Source: Vicinamibacteria bacterium
Lineage (GTDB): Bacteria > Acidobacteriota > Vicinamibacteria > Vicinamibacterales > CAVVIG01
Length of the DNA stretch: 58,615 nt
NCBI GenBank assembly: GCA_041484265.1
Contig: JBGPHH010000001.1
Span: forward strand, 1 to 58,615
Reading direction: 5' to 3'
The translations under genes were made by a program, and so were the position numbers. Positions 45,559 to 55,003 of this stretch are shown piece after piece. Position 1 is the stretch's first letter. Every line of letters starts with the position of its first letter. The notes under the pieces were generated by a model. The model was given only the letters and a program-made list of their open reading frames with translations. It did no database searches and was not told the origin of the DNA.

Positions 45559-46227
45559 ATGAGCGGATTCGCGAGCTGGCGCCATCTGATCGTCATTGCG
45601 ATCGGCTATCTGGCGAGCCTCGTGCTGTTTTCGAGGATTCCTGGTTTTGCGCCAGGCGGCGATCCGCTGTCAGCGCGAATCGAAATCGCGTTGGTCCTTC
45701 CAACAGCCGCCGCCGTGATCTACCTCGTGGTCAGCCGCGTGTGGGCGCGGGATTCAAGGCGAGAGACCGCCGGTGCGTTCGAGCCGACGTACGGCGCCAT
45801 TGTGTTTGCTGTCATTCTTTTCCTGATTGCGATTCACCTGATGATGATCGGGGCATTGACCGGCGTTCTGACCGAGAGGACGTGGCTCACACGAACGACG
45901 ATCGTGCTGTTCGGCGTGTTGATGATCAGGATTGGGGACTTGCTGCCCCGAACGAGGCCAAACCTCGCGCTCGGTTTTCGCACCCCCGGGACGCTCGCGA
46001 ACCGCTGCCTCTGGATCCAAACGCACCGGATGGCCGGCTACCTGATGGTCTGTCTCGGCCTGGTGTTCATGGTATCTGGAGCCTTTCTGTCGAATCCGAA
46101 CTTTGAGCGTGTGATGGTGTCCGCCACGCTCGGCGGTCCGGCTCTCTTTGTCGTGTCGTACTGCCTGTATTCTTTCCGCCTTCGCAAGGGTCCGGCTGAA
46201 GCCGGACCCTACGGCCCTAACATGTAG
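45559..46227 (+). CDS. SdpI-like membrane protein
   Basis: 6 TM-like segments. Position directly after an ArsR/SdpR-like regulator. RTRPNLALGFRTPGTL resembles the SdpI family loop. Confidence 0.55.
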   Translation: MSGFASWRHLIVIAIGYLASLVLFSRIPGFAPGGDPLSARIEIALVLPTAAAVIYLVVSRVWARDSRRETAGAFEPTYGAIVFAVILFLIAIHLMMIGALTGVLTERTWLTRTTIVLFGVLMIRIGDLLPRTRPNLALGFRTPGTLANRCLWIQTHRMAGYLMVCLGLVFMVSGAFLSNPNFERVMVSATLGGPALFVVSYCLYSFRLRKGPAEAGPYGPNM

Positions 46228-47009
46228 TGTGGACGGATGGCCCCAAAGTGCTCAAAGCGTGCAATCTCAACAAGCGCTATCAGGCCTTGCTCGCCGTCGA
46301 CAACGTCAGCTTCACCATCAGTCCGGGCGAAATCCTCGGCTATCTCGGCCCGAACGGTTCCGGCAAGAGCACAACGATCAACATGGTGGTCGGCCTGCTC
46401 GAGCCGTCGAGCGGCTCGCTGTCGCTCTTCGGGCAGAAACTCAACACAGACCCTGAGGACTACAAGCGACGCATCGGCTACGTTCCTGAGGAGCCTCACC
46501 TTTATACCTACCTGACCGCTCCCGAGTACCTCCGCCTCGTCGGTCGTCTGCGAGGGCTGACGGGGTGGGGCCTTGACGAGAAGATCGAGCGCCTGCTCCG
46601 ATTGTTTGGGTTGTGGGAGAGCCGGTACGCGTCGATGTCGGCGTTCTCGAAGGGCATGCGGCAGCGCGTCCTGCTGTCGGCCGCGCTCCTCCACAACCCG
46701 GATCTGTTGGTACTGGATGAGCCGTTCTCGGGGCTCGACGTCAGCGCGGGCCAGCTGTTCACGACGCTTCTTCGTCTGTTCGTTCGAGACGGTCGCATGG
46801 TTCTCTTCAGCTCACATCGCCTCGATGTGGTCGAACAGCTCTGCTCTCGAGTGGTGATTCTTCACGGTGGCCGCGTCGTCGCCGAGGATCGGGTCGACCA
46901 GCTGCGTGGCTCGCACGCCGAGTCGCTCGAGGAGGTGTTCGCGCGGGTTACTCGTCAGGACGACTACACGAGCGTCGCGGAAGACATTCTGCAGGTCGTT
47001 CGGTCGTGA
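46227..47009 (+). CDS. ABC transporter ATP-binding protein
   Basis: Walker A GPNGSGKSTT, signature FSKGMRQR, Walker B LLVLDEPFSGLD. Confidence 0.9.
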   Translation: MWTDGPKVLKACNLNKRYQALLAVDNVSFTISPGEILGYLGPNGSGKSTTINMVVGLLEPSSGSLSLFGQKLNTDPEDYKRRIGYVPEEPHLYTYLTAPEYLRLVGRLRGLTGWGLDEKIERLLRLFGLWESRYASMSAFSKGMRQRVLLSAALLHNPDLLVLDEPFSGLDVSAGQLFTTLLRLFVRDGRMVLFSSHRLDVVEQLCSRVVILHGGRVVAEDRVDQLRGSHAESLEEVFARVTRQDDYTSVAEDILQVVRS

Positions 47010-48691
47010 GCGGCGACACGCGACCGGCGCCGTTCTCGACGCTGACGCGTCACTTCTTTCAGGGCTTCTTTCGCCTCACCTTTCTCGACGATGCCGGCGA
47101 GGAGTCGTTCAGGCGGGCGATGATCGGCGTGCTGTCGGGCATCGTCGCCTTCGGCCTGCTGCTCTTGCGCCTGTATCTCGGTAAGTACGCCGGGCTGCCC
47201 AACGCGGACGTGTACAGAGTGATGGTGCAGGCGGACCGTTTGCTGATGATCTCGCTGCCGATGCTCGTCACGGCGTTCGCCATCGCGCTCGTGTCGCGCT
47301 CGCTCTTCCCGGACGAGACGGACTTTCGCATTCTGATGGCGCTCCCGGTGCCGCGCCGGACGATCTTTGCCGCCAAGCTCACCGCATTGTTCTTGTTCGC
47401 GGCCATCTTCATCATCTGCGCGAACGTCGTGATTGGATTGCCCTTCGCGCTCGTGTCGGGCGGGCGATGGGCGGAGAGCCCGCTCCTTGATCGCGCTCTC
47501 GCTCAGGCAGCCGCAGGCACCTTGGCCTCGATCTTCGCGGTTGCCGCCATCGTCGCGATCCAGGGTCTCATCACCGTCATCGCGCCGCAGAGCTGGCTGC
47601 GGGGCTTGTCCGTCGGCACGCAAACCGTGATGGTCTGCGGCCTCGTGCTGTCCCTGCCGTTCGTAGATCGCATCCCGACTATCGCCCCCTCCCTGCACGC
47701 GAAGGCGAGCTGGCTGTACTTCGTGGCGCCCGCCTGGTTTCTTGGTGTGCAGCAATGGCTGCTTGGCAGCCGAGAGCCATATTTCGTCCGGCTCGCGTTG
47801 ATGGCGATCGTCGGGACGGCGGCGACGGCCCTGATTGCCGCCGGTTGCTACCTGGCGCTCTATCGGCGCTTCGATCGCGTCGTCGTGGACGCCACGCGCA
47901 TGGGGAGGCGCGCCCGGCATCCGCCGTTGTCGTGGCCTCGGTGGCTGCCGACAAGACATCCGGCCTATGAAGCGGTTCAGGCGTTCACCGGCGCCACGCT
48001 GCGCCGGAGCAGCCTTCATCAACTCGTCTGTTTCGGTATCTTTGCGGCCGGCTCCGCCTTGACGGCGAATAGCGTGCTCGGGAACGTCGGCAGTCAGGAG
48101 CGATTCCTCATCGGCGCGGTCCTCCGAGCGCCGCTGACGCTCATCGTCGCGACTGTCGTCGGACTTCGTGAAGCGATGCTCCTGCCGGCCAATCTGAAGG
48201 CTGCCTGGGTGTTTCAATTCACGGAAGCCGAAACCTCTCGCCGCCATCAGATGAATGCCATCAGAGACACACTGGGTGGTGCCGGCGTGCTGGCGCCCGC
48301 GGCTCTTGTGTTTCCTGTTCAGGCCGCGGTGCTCGGCCTTCGGAGCGCGCTGGCGGGGCTGCCCGTAATCGTTCTGCTCGGTTGGATGTTCGTCGAAGTG
48401 GTTCTTGGCAACTGGCGCAGGATTCCGTTCACATGTACTGTGTTGTTCGCCAAGCGGCCCGCGGCCCACACAGTGCTGATCGCCATACTCGTGCTCTTCT
48501 GGCTGGTGCCGATCGGCGGAGTCCTCGAGCAGGTTGCCATCTCTGGCCTGCGGCCATGGCTCGTGGTCACCGCCATCCTGCTGCTGATCTGTGCCGGCCT
48601 GCGGTGGGTTCGCCTCCAATCGTGGGGGCGGCTGCCACTCGAATTCGAGGACTACCTGCCGGACACGATCGAGCCACTCGGCCTGCGGTAG
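47006..48691 (+). CDS. Multi-pass membrane protein, probable permease partner of the ABC ATPase
   Basis: GTGA start/stop overlap with the ATPase gene. >10 hydrophobic segments. Confidence 0.6.
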   Translation: MSGDTRPAPFSTLTRHFFQGFFRLTFLDDAGEESFRRAMIGVLSGIVAFGLLLLRLYLGKYAGLPNADVYRVMVQADRLLMISLPMLVTAFAIALVSRSLFPDETDFRILMALPVPRRTIFAAKLTALFLFAAIFIICANVVIGLPFALVSGGRWAESPLLDRALAQAAAGTLASIFAVAAIVAIQGLITVIAPQSWLRGLSVGTQTVMVCGLVLSLPFVDRIPTIAPSLHAKASWLYFVAPAWFLGVQQWLLGSREPYFVRLALMAIVGTAATALIAAGCYLALYRRFDRVVVDATRMGRRARHPPLSWPRWLPTRHPAYEAVQAFTGATLRRSSLHQLVCFGIFAAGSALTANSVLGNVGSQERFLIGAVLRAPLTLIVATVVGLREAMLLPANLKAAWVFQFTEAETSRRHQMNAIRDTLGGAGVLAPAALVFPVQAAVLGLRSALAGLPVIVLLGWMFVEVVLGNWRRIPFTCTVLFAKRPAAHTVLIAILVLFWLVPIGGVLEQVAISGLRPWLVVTAILLLICAGLRWVRLQSWGRLPLEFEDYLPDTIEPLGLR

Positions 48692-48695
48692 TACG

Positions 48696-49118
48696 TCACC
48701 AGCCCCATTCCTTCTTGGCCGGGTCCCAGAGCGCGTAGCAATCCTGGGCCAGGCCGTTGTCGGTGAGCCCGACCGGGAGATTGGAGTCGCGGCCGCTGCT
48801 GCTCGGTTTGATAACTTGATCGTTCGCGTACCACGACGACTTCACGGTGCCCTTGTAAGGCGCCCGGACGTCGTCGACCGATTCGATGACCGCCGAGTCG
48901 ATGTGGACGCGCCACCTAGCCACGCCGCTGCCGTCCACACCGGGGCCCGAGAAGGACAGGTCGTCGCCGCTTCGCTGGAAATCCTTCACGGCGCGATTCG
49001 ACTTGAGTTGCTGCGCAAATGAGTCTCGCAAGCCGTCCGCGCCAGGCTTCCCGCTGCATCCCGCCATCGTCAGCACCGCGATGACCGCGGCAACCTGCAG
49101 AACTCCACGTTTCGTCAT
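48696..49118 (-). CDS. Lipoprotein (hypothetical)
   Basis: MTKRGVLQVAAVIAVLTMAGCSG lipobox. Confidence 0.6.
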   Translation of the reverse strand: MTKRGVLQVAAVIAVLTMAGCSGKPGADGLRDSFAQQLKSNRAVKDFQRSGDDLSFSGPGVDGSGVARWRVHIDSAVIESVDDVRAPYKGTVKSSWYANDQVIKPSSSGRDSNLPVGLTDNGLAQDCYALWDPAKKEWGW

Positions 49119-49143
49119 AGGCCGAAATCATATAATAGCCACC

Positions 49144-50283
49144 ATGTTTCAGCTGCTGATCGCGCTCGTGGCCTCAGCCGCCCTCGCCCAGAATCTGCCG
49201 GCGGGTCAGATCGTTGACGACGTGAAGTGCGCGGCCGAGCCGTCCCAGAGCTACGCGCTGTACGTCCCGTCCGGTTACACGCCCGATCGCCAGTGGCCGG
49301 TGATCTTCTTGTTCGATCCGGGCGGCCGCGGCCGCAATGGCGTCGAGCGCTACCAGATTGCCGCCGAGCAGTACGGCTTCATCGTCGCCGGGTCGAACAA
49401 CTCGCGCAACGGACAGGCGAGTTCCCCTGCCGTCACAGGGATGTCGACCGATGTGATGACGCGCTTTCACATCGACATGAAGCGCATCTACACGGCCGGC
49501 ATGTCGGGCGGGGCGCGCGTCGCGCTCGGCGTCGCTCTCGCTTCGTCTACCAAAGTCGCTGGCGTCATAGCATCGAGCGCGGGATATCCGGACGGCGTGG
49601 TGCGCAAGACGGTACCATTTCCGATTTTCGCGACCGCCGGCACTGAAGACTTCAATCTCTCGGAAATGCGGGAGCTCGATCGCAACCTGACAACGCCCCA
49701 TCGGCTGGCGATCTTCGAAGGCGGGCATCTCTGGCTGTCGAGCGCGCTGGCGCTCCAGGCCGTGGAGTTCATGGAGATTCAGGCGATGAAGACCGGCCTG
49801 AAGCCTCGCGACGAGAGAGAGATCGATCAAGTCTTTGAGAAGCACGTCGCGGTGATTGGCGCGGGCAAAGACAAGGACGCATTTCTCGCTCTGCAGGGTC
49901 TCGTTGCGGATTTCGAAGGCCTGAAGGATGTGTCGGCGTTTAAGGCTCGAGCCGCAGTTCTCGGTCGTGACAAGGGCGTACTCGACGCCATCAAGAACGA
50001 TCGAGACGATGATGAGCGAGAACGACGGGTGCTTGCGTCTGTATGGTCTGCGGAAGATCGTCTGACTATCCCCCAGCAGCGGGAGAACGCGCTGATGGAG
50101 CTTCGCCAGAAATGGCAGCAGCTCTCGATGCAGGCCAAGGGCGCCGAAGATTCCGCAGAACGGCGCCTCGCGCGTCGAGTGCTGAGCAATTTGAGTGCTG
50201 GCGTGAGCACCGCCGACCAGGACTACTTGAAGATCATCCGCGAATATCGGATAGGCCGGGGTGGGAGAGGCGGCGGACAGTGA
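49144..50283 (+). CDS. Secreted alpha/beta hydrolase (esterase-like) with a helical C-terminal domain
   Basis: MFQLLIALVASAALAQ signal, PVIFLFDPGGRG, nucleophile elbow GMSGG. Confidence 0.65.
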   Translation: MFQLLIALVASAALAQNLPAGQIVDDVKCAAEPSQSYALYVPSGYTPDRQWPVIFLFDPGGRGRNGVERYQIAAEQYGFIVAGSNNSRNGQASSPAVTGMSTDVMTRFHIDMKRIYTAGMSGGARVALGVALASSTKVAGVIASSAGYPDGVVRKTVPFPIFATAGTEDFNLSEMRELDRNLTTPHRLAIFEGGHLWLSSALALQAVEFMEIQAMKTGLKPRDEREIDQVFEKHVAVIGAGKDKDAFLALQGLVADFEGLKDVSAFKARAAVLGRDKGVLDAIKNDRDDDERERRVLASVWSAEDRLTIPQQRENALMELRQKWQQLSMQAKGAEDSAERRLARRVLSNLSAGVSTADQDYLKIIREYRIGRGGRGGGQ

Positions 50284-51674
50284 TCTCACGCCGTGAGATG
50301 CTGCAGGTCCTGGCGGTGCAGGCTCTTCGCTTGCCAGAGACCTTCGGTCAGGCCCGTGTGCTTCGGGCACCGAAGCCGCTTTCGAGCGGCGCCGTGACGA
50401 GCGACTGGCCCTCGTTCCTTGGCCCCACGCACGACGCCCACTCCACCGAGACCAAGCTGACCCGGACGCTGCCCCCGTCGCTCGTGTGGGAATTTCCGCG
50501 AGGCTCCGGGTACTCGTCGCCGGCCGTCGCGGGCGGACGCTTGGTGCTCCTCCATCGCGTGGGGGACGAAGAGGCCGTGGAGTGTCTGCACCCGGAGACC
50601 GGCGCGAGTGTCTGGCGCTTCAAGTACCCGACGACGTACAGGGATCGGTACGGGTACAACGACGGTCCGCGATCGAGTCCGGTGATTGACGGCGACCTCG
50701 TCTATGCGGTGGGCGCGGAAGGCAAGCTCCACGCGTTGAACGTCGCATCCGGAAAGCTCGTGTGGAAGCGGGATCTACGGTCGGAGTACAAAGTTCCGCA
50801 GGATTTCTTCGGCACCGCCTCGACGCCGCTCGTCGAAGGCCGGCTCCTCATTATTAATGTCGGTGCACCGGGCGGGCCGACCGTCGTCGGCCTCGACAAG
50901 ACGACCGGAAGCGAAGTCTGGCGCGCCGGGAAGGACTGGGGTCCGAGCTATGCCTCTCCGGTTCCGGCCGTCGTCCGCGGTCGGCGGCGGGTGTTCGTGT
51001 TTGCCGGAGGGGAGTCGACCCCACCGACCGGCGGCCTGATGTCGATCGATCCCGCCAACGGCCGCGTCGATTTCGCGTTTCCGTGGAGGAGCCGAAGCTA
51101 CGAGTCGGTCAATGCCTCCTGCCCGGTGGTGTTCGACGACAAGGTGTTCGTGTCGGCGAGCTACCGCGCGGGGAGTGCGCTGGTCGAGGTGAGGCCGGAC
51201 TTCACCCATCGCGTCGTGTGGACGAACGAAGAGATCGGGTTGCACTTCAATACGGCCATCTACCGCGACGGCTACTTGTACGGATTCGATGGTCGAAACG
51301 AGCCGGATGCGGGGCTCGTCTGTCTGGACGCGGCGACCGGCAAGGTCGAGTGGCGTGAGACGCCGGAGTGGTCCGAGATGATCCAGCCGACGGGTGGGTT
51401 CGGACAGCCGCAGCAGCAAACCGTGGGGACGTACAGAGGATCGCTGCTCGCCGTCGACGGTCAGTTCCTGTGTCTTGGAGAGCTCGGGCACCTGCTCTGG
51501 CTGAACCTCACGCCGAAGGGCTATGACCGCATCTCGCGCGCCTGGTTGTTCCCCGCGCGAGAGTCCTGGGCCCTGCCTGTGCTCAGTCGCGGGTTGTTGT
51601 ACGTCGTGCAGAACAGCCGCGATCTGTTCCGGCAGACGACCCCGAGGCTGCTCTGTTACGACCTCAGGGCATGA
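50280..51674 (+). CDS. PQQ-like/BamB-like beta-propeller repeat protein
   Basis: Repeats of the type GKLHALNVASGKLVWKRD and LVCLDAATGKVEWRE. Start at GTG 50280 or ATG 50298. Confidence 0.7.
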   Translation: MISRREMLQVLAVQALRLPETFGQARVLRAPKPLSSGAVTSDWPSFLGPTHDAHSTETKLTRTLPPSLVWEFPRGSGYSSPAVAGGRLVLLHRVGDEEAVECLHPETGASVWRFKYPTTYRDRYGYNDGPRSSPVIDGDLVYAVGAEGKLHALNVASGKLVWKRDLRSEYKVPQDFFGTASTPLVEGRLLIINVGAPGGPTVVGLDKTTGSEVWRAGKDWGPSYASPVPAVVRGRRRVFVFAGGESTPPTGGLMSIDPANGRVDFAFPWRSRSYESVNASCPVVFDDKVFVSASYRAGSALVEVRPDFTHRVVWTNEEIGLHFNTAIYRDGYLYGFDGRNEPDAGLVCLDAATGKVEWRETPEWSEMIQPTGGFGQPQQQTVGTYRGSLLAVDGQFLCLGELGHLLWLNLTPKGYDRISRAWLFPARESWALPVLSRGLLYVVQNSRDLFRQTTPRLLCYDLRA

Positions 51675-52999
51675 CGATGACTCAAATGACTCGCCGCGAT
51701 CACCTCGCAGGCCTGCTCGGTCTGGCGACACTCTCGTGCCTGCCGCTCGGATCGTGCGCCGCCGCGGAAGGCCCGATTCCGCCGCAGGGCGTCGGTCGCC
51801 GGATCCGGCACCTGTCGTACAGCGACCAGGGCGGTCGTCCGGACGGTGTGCAGGTGATGGTCAACCGCCGCCATGTCTATGTCGGCCACATGTTCAGCGA
51901 CGGCGTCACGATCCTGAACGCCGAGGATCCGCGTCAGCTGAAACCGGTCGGCTTCTTCACCGCGGGGGTCAATACCCGCACGCATCACCTGCAGGTCTCT
52001 GACGATCTGATGTTGCTCGCGAACGGCGCCAACATCGTCGCGATGCAATCCTACGACAACATGCGCGGGTATTTTGAGAACACGCTGGCCGACAGTATCA
52101 CCAACCGCAAGGCGTTCCGTGCTGGCCTGAGCATCCACGACATCTCCCGTCCAGGCGAGATGAAGGAAATCTCCTTCCTGCAAATGCCGGGTCTTGGCAT
52201 CAACCGTCTGTGGTGGCCGGGCGGCCGCTACGCCTACGTGTCCGCCCACTTCGACGGTTTCACCGACCACATCCTGTGCATCGTCGACCTGAAGAACATC
52301 ACCAAGCCGGAGATCGTGTCGCGCTGGTGGCTGGCCGGCATGCATCGCGCGGGCGGCGAAACCTCCGAGGTTCCCAAGGGCCGCCGCGTCGCGTTGCACC
52401 ACATGATCACCGCAGGTGATCGCGGCTACGGCGCATGGCGCGATGGCGGCTTCACCGTCCACGATATCAGCGACCCGACCGCGCCCAAGTTGCTTTCGCA
52501 CATCAACTGGTCGCCGCCCTTTCCCGGCGGTACGCACACGCCGCTGCCGCTCCCCGGACGCAAGTTGGCGGTCGTGGCCGACGAGGCGAATGCGGAGCAA
52601 TGCGCCAAGGGCACGTTTCACACGTTTGTCGTGGATGTGAGCGTGCCGGGAAATCCTGTGCCAATCTCCACGCTGCCGACGCCAAAGGATCGGGACTATT
52701 GCGCCCTTGGCACCTTCGGTCCTCACAACCTGCACGAGAACAGGCCAGGCTCTTTTCAAAGCGAGAACACGATCTTCGCAACCTGGGGCAACGCCGGCGT
52801 GCGCGTGTTCGACATCACGGACGCGTTTGCGCCGAGGGAGGTGGCCTCCTGGGAACCGCCGGTTCCCAAGCGGCTGATCGACCCGCGGCCGAATGTCGCG
52901 TTGGCCGCGAAGACGGCGGACGTCTACGTCACGACCGACGGCATCATGTATGTCAGCGACTGGAACGCCGGCCTGCACGTGCTGCAATACGAGGGGTGA
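51671..52999 (+). CDS. Beta-propeller protein, LVIVD-repeat-like, with a Tat/Sec-type signal
   Basis: MTRRDHLAGLLGLATLSCL. LCIVDL, TFVVDVS, VRVFDIT, MYVSDWNAGLHVLQY. ATGA overlap with the upstream gene. Confidence 0.55.
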   Translation: MTMTQMTRRDHLAGLLGLATLSCLPLGSCAAAEGPIPPQGVGRRIRHLSYSDQGGRPDGVQVMVNRRHVYVGHMFSDGVTILNAEDPRQLKPVGFFTAGVNTRTHHLQVSDDLMLLANGANIVAMQSYDNMRGYFENTLADSITNRKAFRAGLSIHDISRPGEMKEISFLQMPGLGINRLWWPGGRYAYVSAHFDGFTDHILCIVDLKNITKPEIVSRWWLAGMHRAGGETSEVPKGRRVALHHMITAGDRGYGAWRDGGFTVHDISDPTAPKLLSHINWSPPFPGGTHTPLPLPGRKLAVVADEANAEQCAKGTFHTFVVDVSVPGNPVPISTLPTPKDRDYCALGTFGPHNLHENRPGSFQSENTIFATWGNAGVRVFDITDAFAPREVASWEPPVPKRLIDPRPNVALAAKTADVYVTTDGIMYVSDWNAGLHVLQYEG

Positions 53000-53005
53000 T
53001 CAAGC

Positions 53006-53470
53006 ATGAAAAAGAAATCTGTCGCTCGCAAGAAGCACAAGACGTCCGCCCGGCCGGCGAAGCGACGAAAGGCGAGCCCGAAGAAATCGCACGATGCGCT
53101 GACCGCGCCGGTCAGGGGCGCCGACCGCCGTACGGTCGGTCACGTCACGCTCGAGGTGGGGCGCGCAGGGGCCGCCCGCGTGAAGCGCATGACGTATCCG
53201 CCCGGCTACCGCTGGTCGAAGGACATGAAATCCATCGTCGGCACGGACCTCTGTATGCACGCCCACGTCGGATTTCTCGTGCGGGGTGAGGTCCACGTCG
53301 AGTACGCCGATGGCTGCGTCGTCGAATTCGAAGCGCCGCAGGTCGTGGCGATCGACCCTGGACACGACGCCTGGGTGGTCGGGAAGGAGCCGGTCGTGCT
53401 GATCGAGTTCGATTTCGAAAGCGACACGGTCCGCCGGCTCGGGATGCCAGACGCCCACCGCCACGCGTGA
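53006..53470 (+). CDS. Cupin-like small protein with a basic N-terminal tail
   Basis: HAHVGFLVRGEVHVEYADG and VVAIDPGHDAWVVG are cupin-like strands. Confidence 0.45.
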   Translation: MKKKSVARKKHKTSARPAKRRKASPKKSHDALTAPVRGADRRTVGHVTLEVGRAGAARVKRMTYPPGYRWSKDMKSIVGTDLCMHAHVGFLVRGEVHVEYADGCVVEFEAPQVVAIDPGHDAWVVGKEPVVLIEFDFESDTVRRLGMPDAHRHA

Positions 53471-53474
53471 TTGG

Positions 53475-54437
53475 TTACTTCGAGACGTCCTCGGGGCTGC
53501 CGCCGGTGAGGCAGCTGACCCCAACGGCTGGCATGCCGCCGCCAGCGCCCCAGCCGCAGCAGTAGCGCGTGCAGATCGCGGGCGCGACGTACGCATCCTT
53601 CAGTCTCTTCCGGTATTCCGGATACATCGTCTCGGCGCCGCCCATGACGGCTTCAACCGGGATGTGGTACATCCTGGTCACTTCGTTCACGAACGGGTTC
53701 TTCCCCGGCAAGTAGTGCGGGACTTCTCCGACGCCTTTGATATCAGCCACTTCCGTTTCCGGCGTGCAAGGCGCCGGCACGCGCGGGAGATTCGCCGTGG
53801 GATCCGATTGCCAGCTTCTGCTGACGACGAACGGTTCGGTCAGGTAAACGGGATCCTCGATGACTTCGACAATCGTGAGCGTGTCGCCATGCCGGGAGAT
53901 GTGCATGGTGAGGGTCGCCTGATCGCTCGTGGGCACGCCGTTGCGCCTCAGATACCCTTCCTTGAAGTGCGTCGTATATGTGGTGAGCGTGTTGCCTTCC
54001 CACTCGCCGGTCGTGAAGCCGGCGAAGGTGTGCAGGGCATTCGGACCGGGGTGAGGACGTCCATCCATCCAGACGGTCAGGATCGATTTGTCGATGTAGG
54101 CACTCGTCTTCCACGCGATCACCTGGCCCGAGATCGGGTCAGTTTCAGACCACATCTCGAAGCCAAACGGGCCGATGCCGATGTACGCCGGCGTGTAGTA
54201 AAGACACTGGCGCTCGGGCAGCGACAGGACGGACGTCGAGTAGGCCAGGCCGCGCTCCCGGGCCTCGTCGTTCACCGGGAGGCCGAGAAAGTCGACGATC
54301 TCGGGCCCGGGTCCCCGCTCTTCCCAATCTTCGTGCTGTCGCGCGACCCAATGGCCGGAGAGGTCGATTTGCGCGAAGGCCGGCGTGCCGAGCAACGTTG
54401 CCGCGAGCGCGAGGAGAGCCGTCTTGTTAATCGACAT
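53475..54437 (-). CDS. Secreted hypothetical protein
   Basis: MSINKTALLALAATLLGTPAFAQ signal. GEWEGNTLTTYTTHFKEGYLRRNG is related to the 25303..26127 product. Confidence 0.6.
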   Translation of the reverse strand: MSINKTALLALAATLLGTPAFAQIDLSGHWVARQHEDWEERGPGPEIVDFLGLPVNDEARERGLAYSTSVLSLPERQCLYYTPAYIGIGPFGFEMWSETDPISGQVIAWKTSAYIDKSILTVWMDGRPHPGPNALHTFAGFTTGEWEGNTLTTYTTHFKEGYLRRNGVPTSDQATLTMHISRHGDTLTIVEVIEDPVYLTEPFVVSRSWQSDPTANLPRVPAPCTPETEVADIKGVGEVPHYLPGKNPFVNEVTRMYHIPVEAVMGGAETMYPEYRKRLKDAYVAPAICTRYCCGWGAGGGMPAVGVSCLTGGSPEDVSK

Positions 54438-54450
54438 GCAGCGGAATATA

Positions 54451-54864
54451 TCACGGGGCCATCGTGGTCCGGGCCGCCGTCTCGGCGGTCAATTCCTCGT
54501 CTCCCGCGGCAAAGCCATTGCCTCGAAGGAGAAACGCCACGATATCGAATGTCTTGGCGTCGGTCAGTTGGGTGCGCTGGTCGGCCGGCATCGTCGTCTT
54601 GATTTTCTCGACGAGAGCGGCGAGTGTCTTGCCGCGCCAGGTGGCCATGAAGCTCTCCCCTTTGAGCGCGGGGCCGGCTCGACCGGAGAGATCGCTCATA
54701 TGGCATTCGCTGCAGTTGTTTTCAAAGCTCGCCTCTCCGCGCATCGCTTGGGCGGCCGTATAGACCCCGGTCGGGATCGACTGTTCAGCGCGCGCGCCCT
54801 CGCGAGCGGTTGCGGCAAGGCCCAGCACCAAGAGCAGGGAAAGCGCGACGAATCGAAATCCCAT
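54451..54864 (-). CDS. c-type cytochrome (monohaem)
   Basis: MGFRFVALSLLLVLGLAATA signal. Haem-binding CSECH. Distal Met candidates downstream. Confidence 0.75.
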   Translation of the reverse strand: MGFRFVALSLLLVLGLAATAREGARAEQSIPTGVYTAAQAMRGEASFENNCSECHMSDLSGRAGPALKGESFMATWRGKTLAALVEKIKTTMPADQRTQLTDAKTFDIVAFLLRGNGFAAGDEELTAETAARTTMAP

Positions 54865-55003
54865 GGTTCCCGCTAGCGTATCGTGGATCCGAGATTTCCC
54901 ACCTGTTCGAGCGGCAGCGGTGTAACCTTTTTCCGTTTGGCGGGTTCTCATTCCTAGCCCCAACCGTTGTGCGTTGGCGTACGTCTAAGGCGAGGAGATC
55001 AGG

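Noticed and set aside
48886-49143. Upstream extensions of ORFs 48886..50283 and 50043..51674
   Set aside because: The extensions overlap the lipoprotein gene (opposite strand) or the esterase gene. Signal-peptide-like N-termini begin at 49144 and 50280/50298 respectively.
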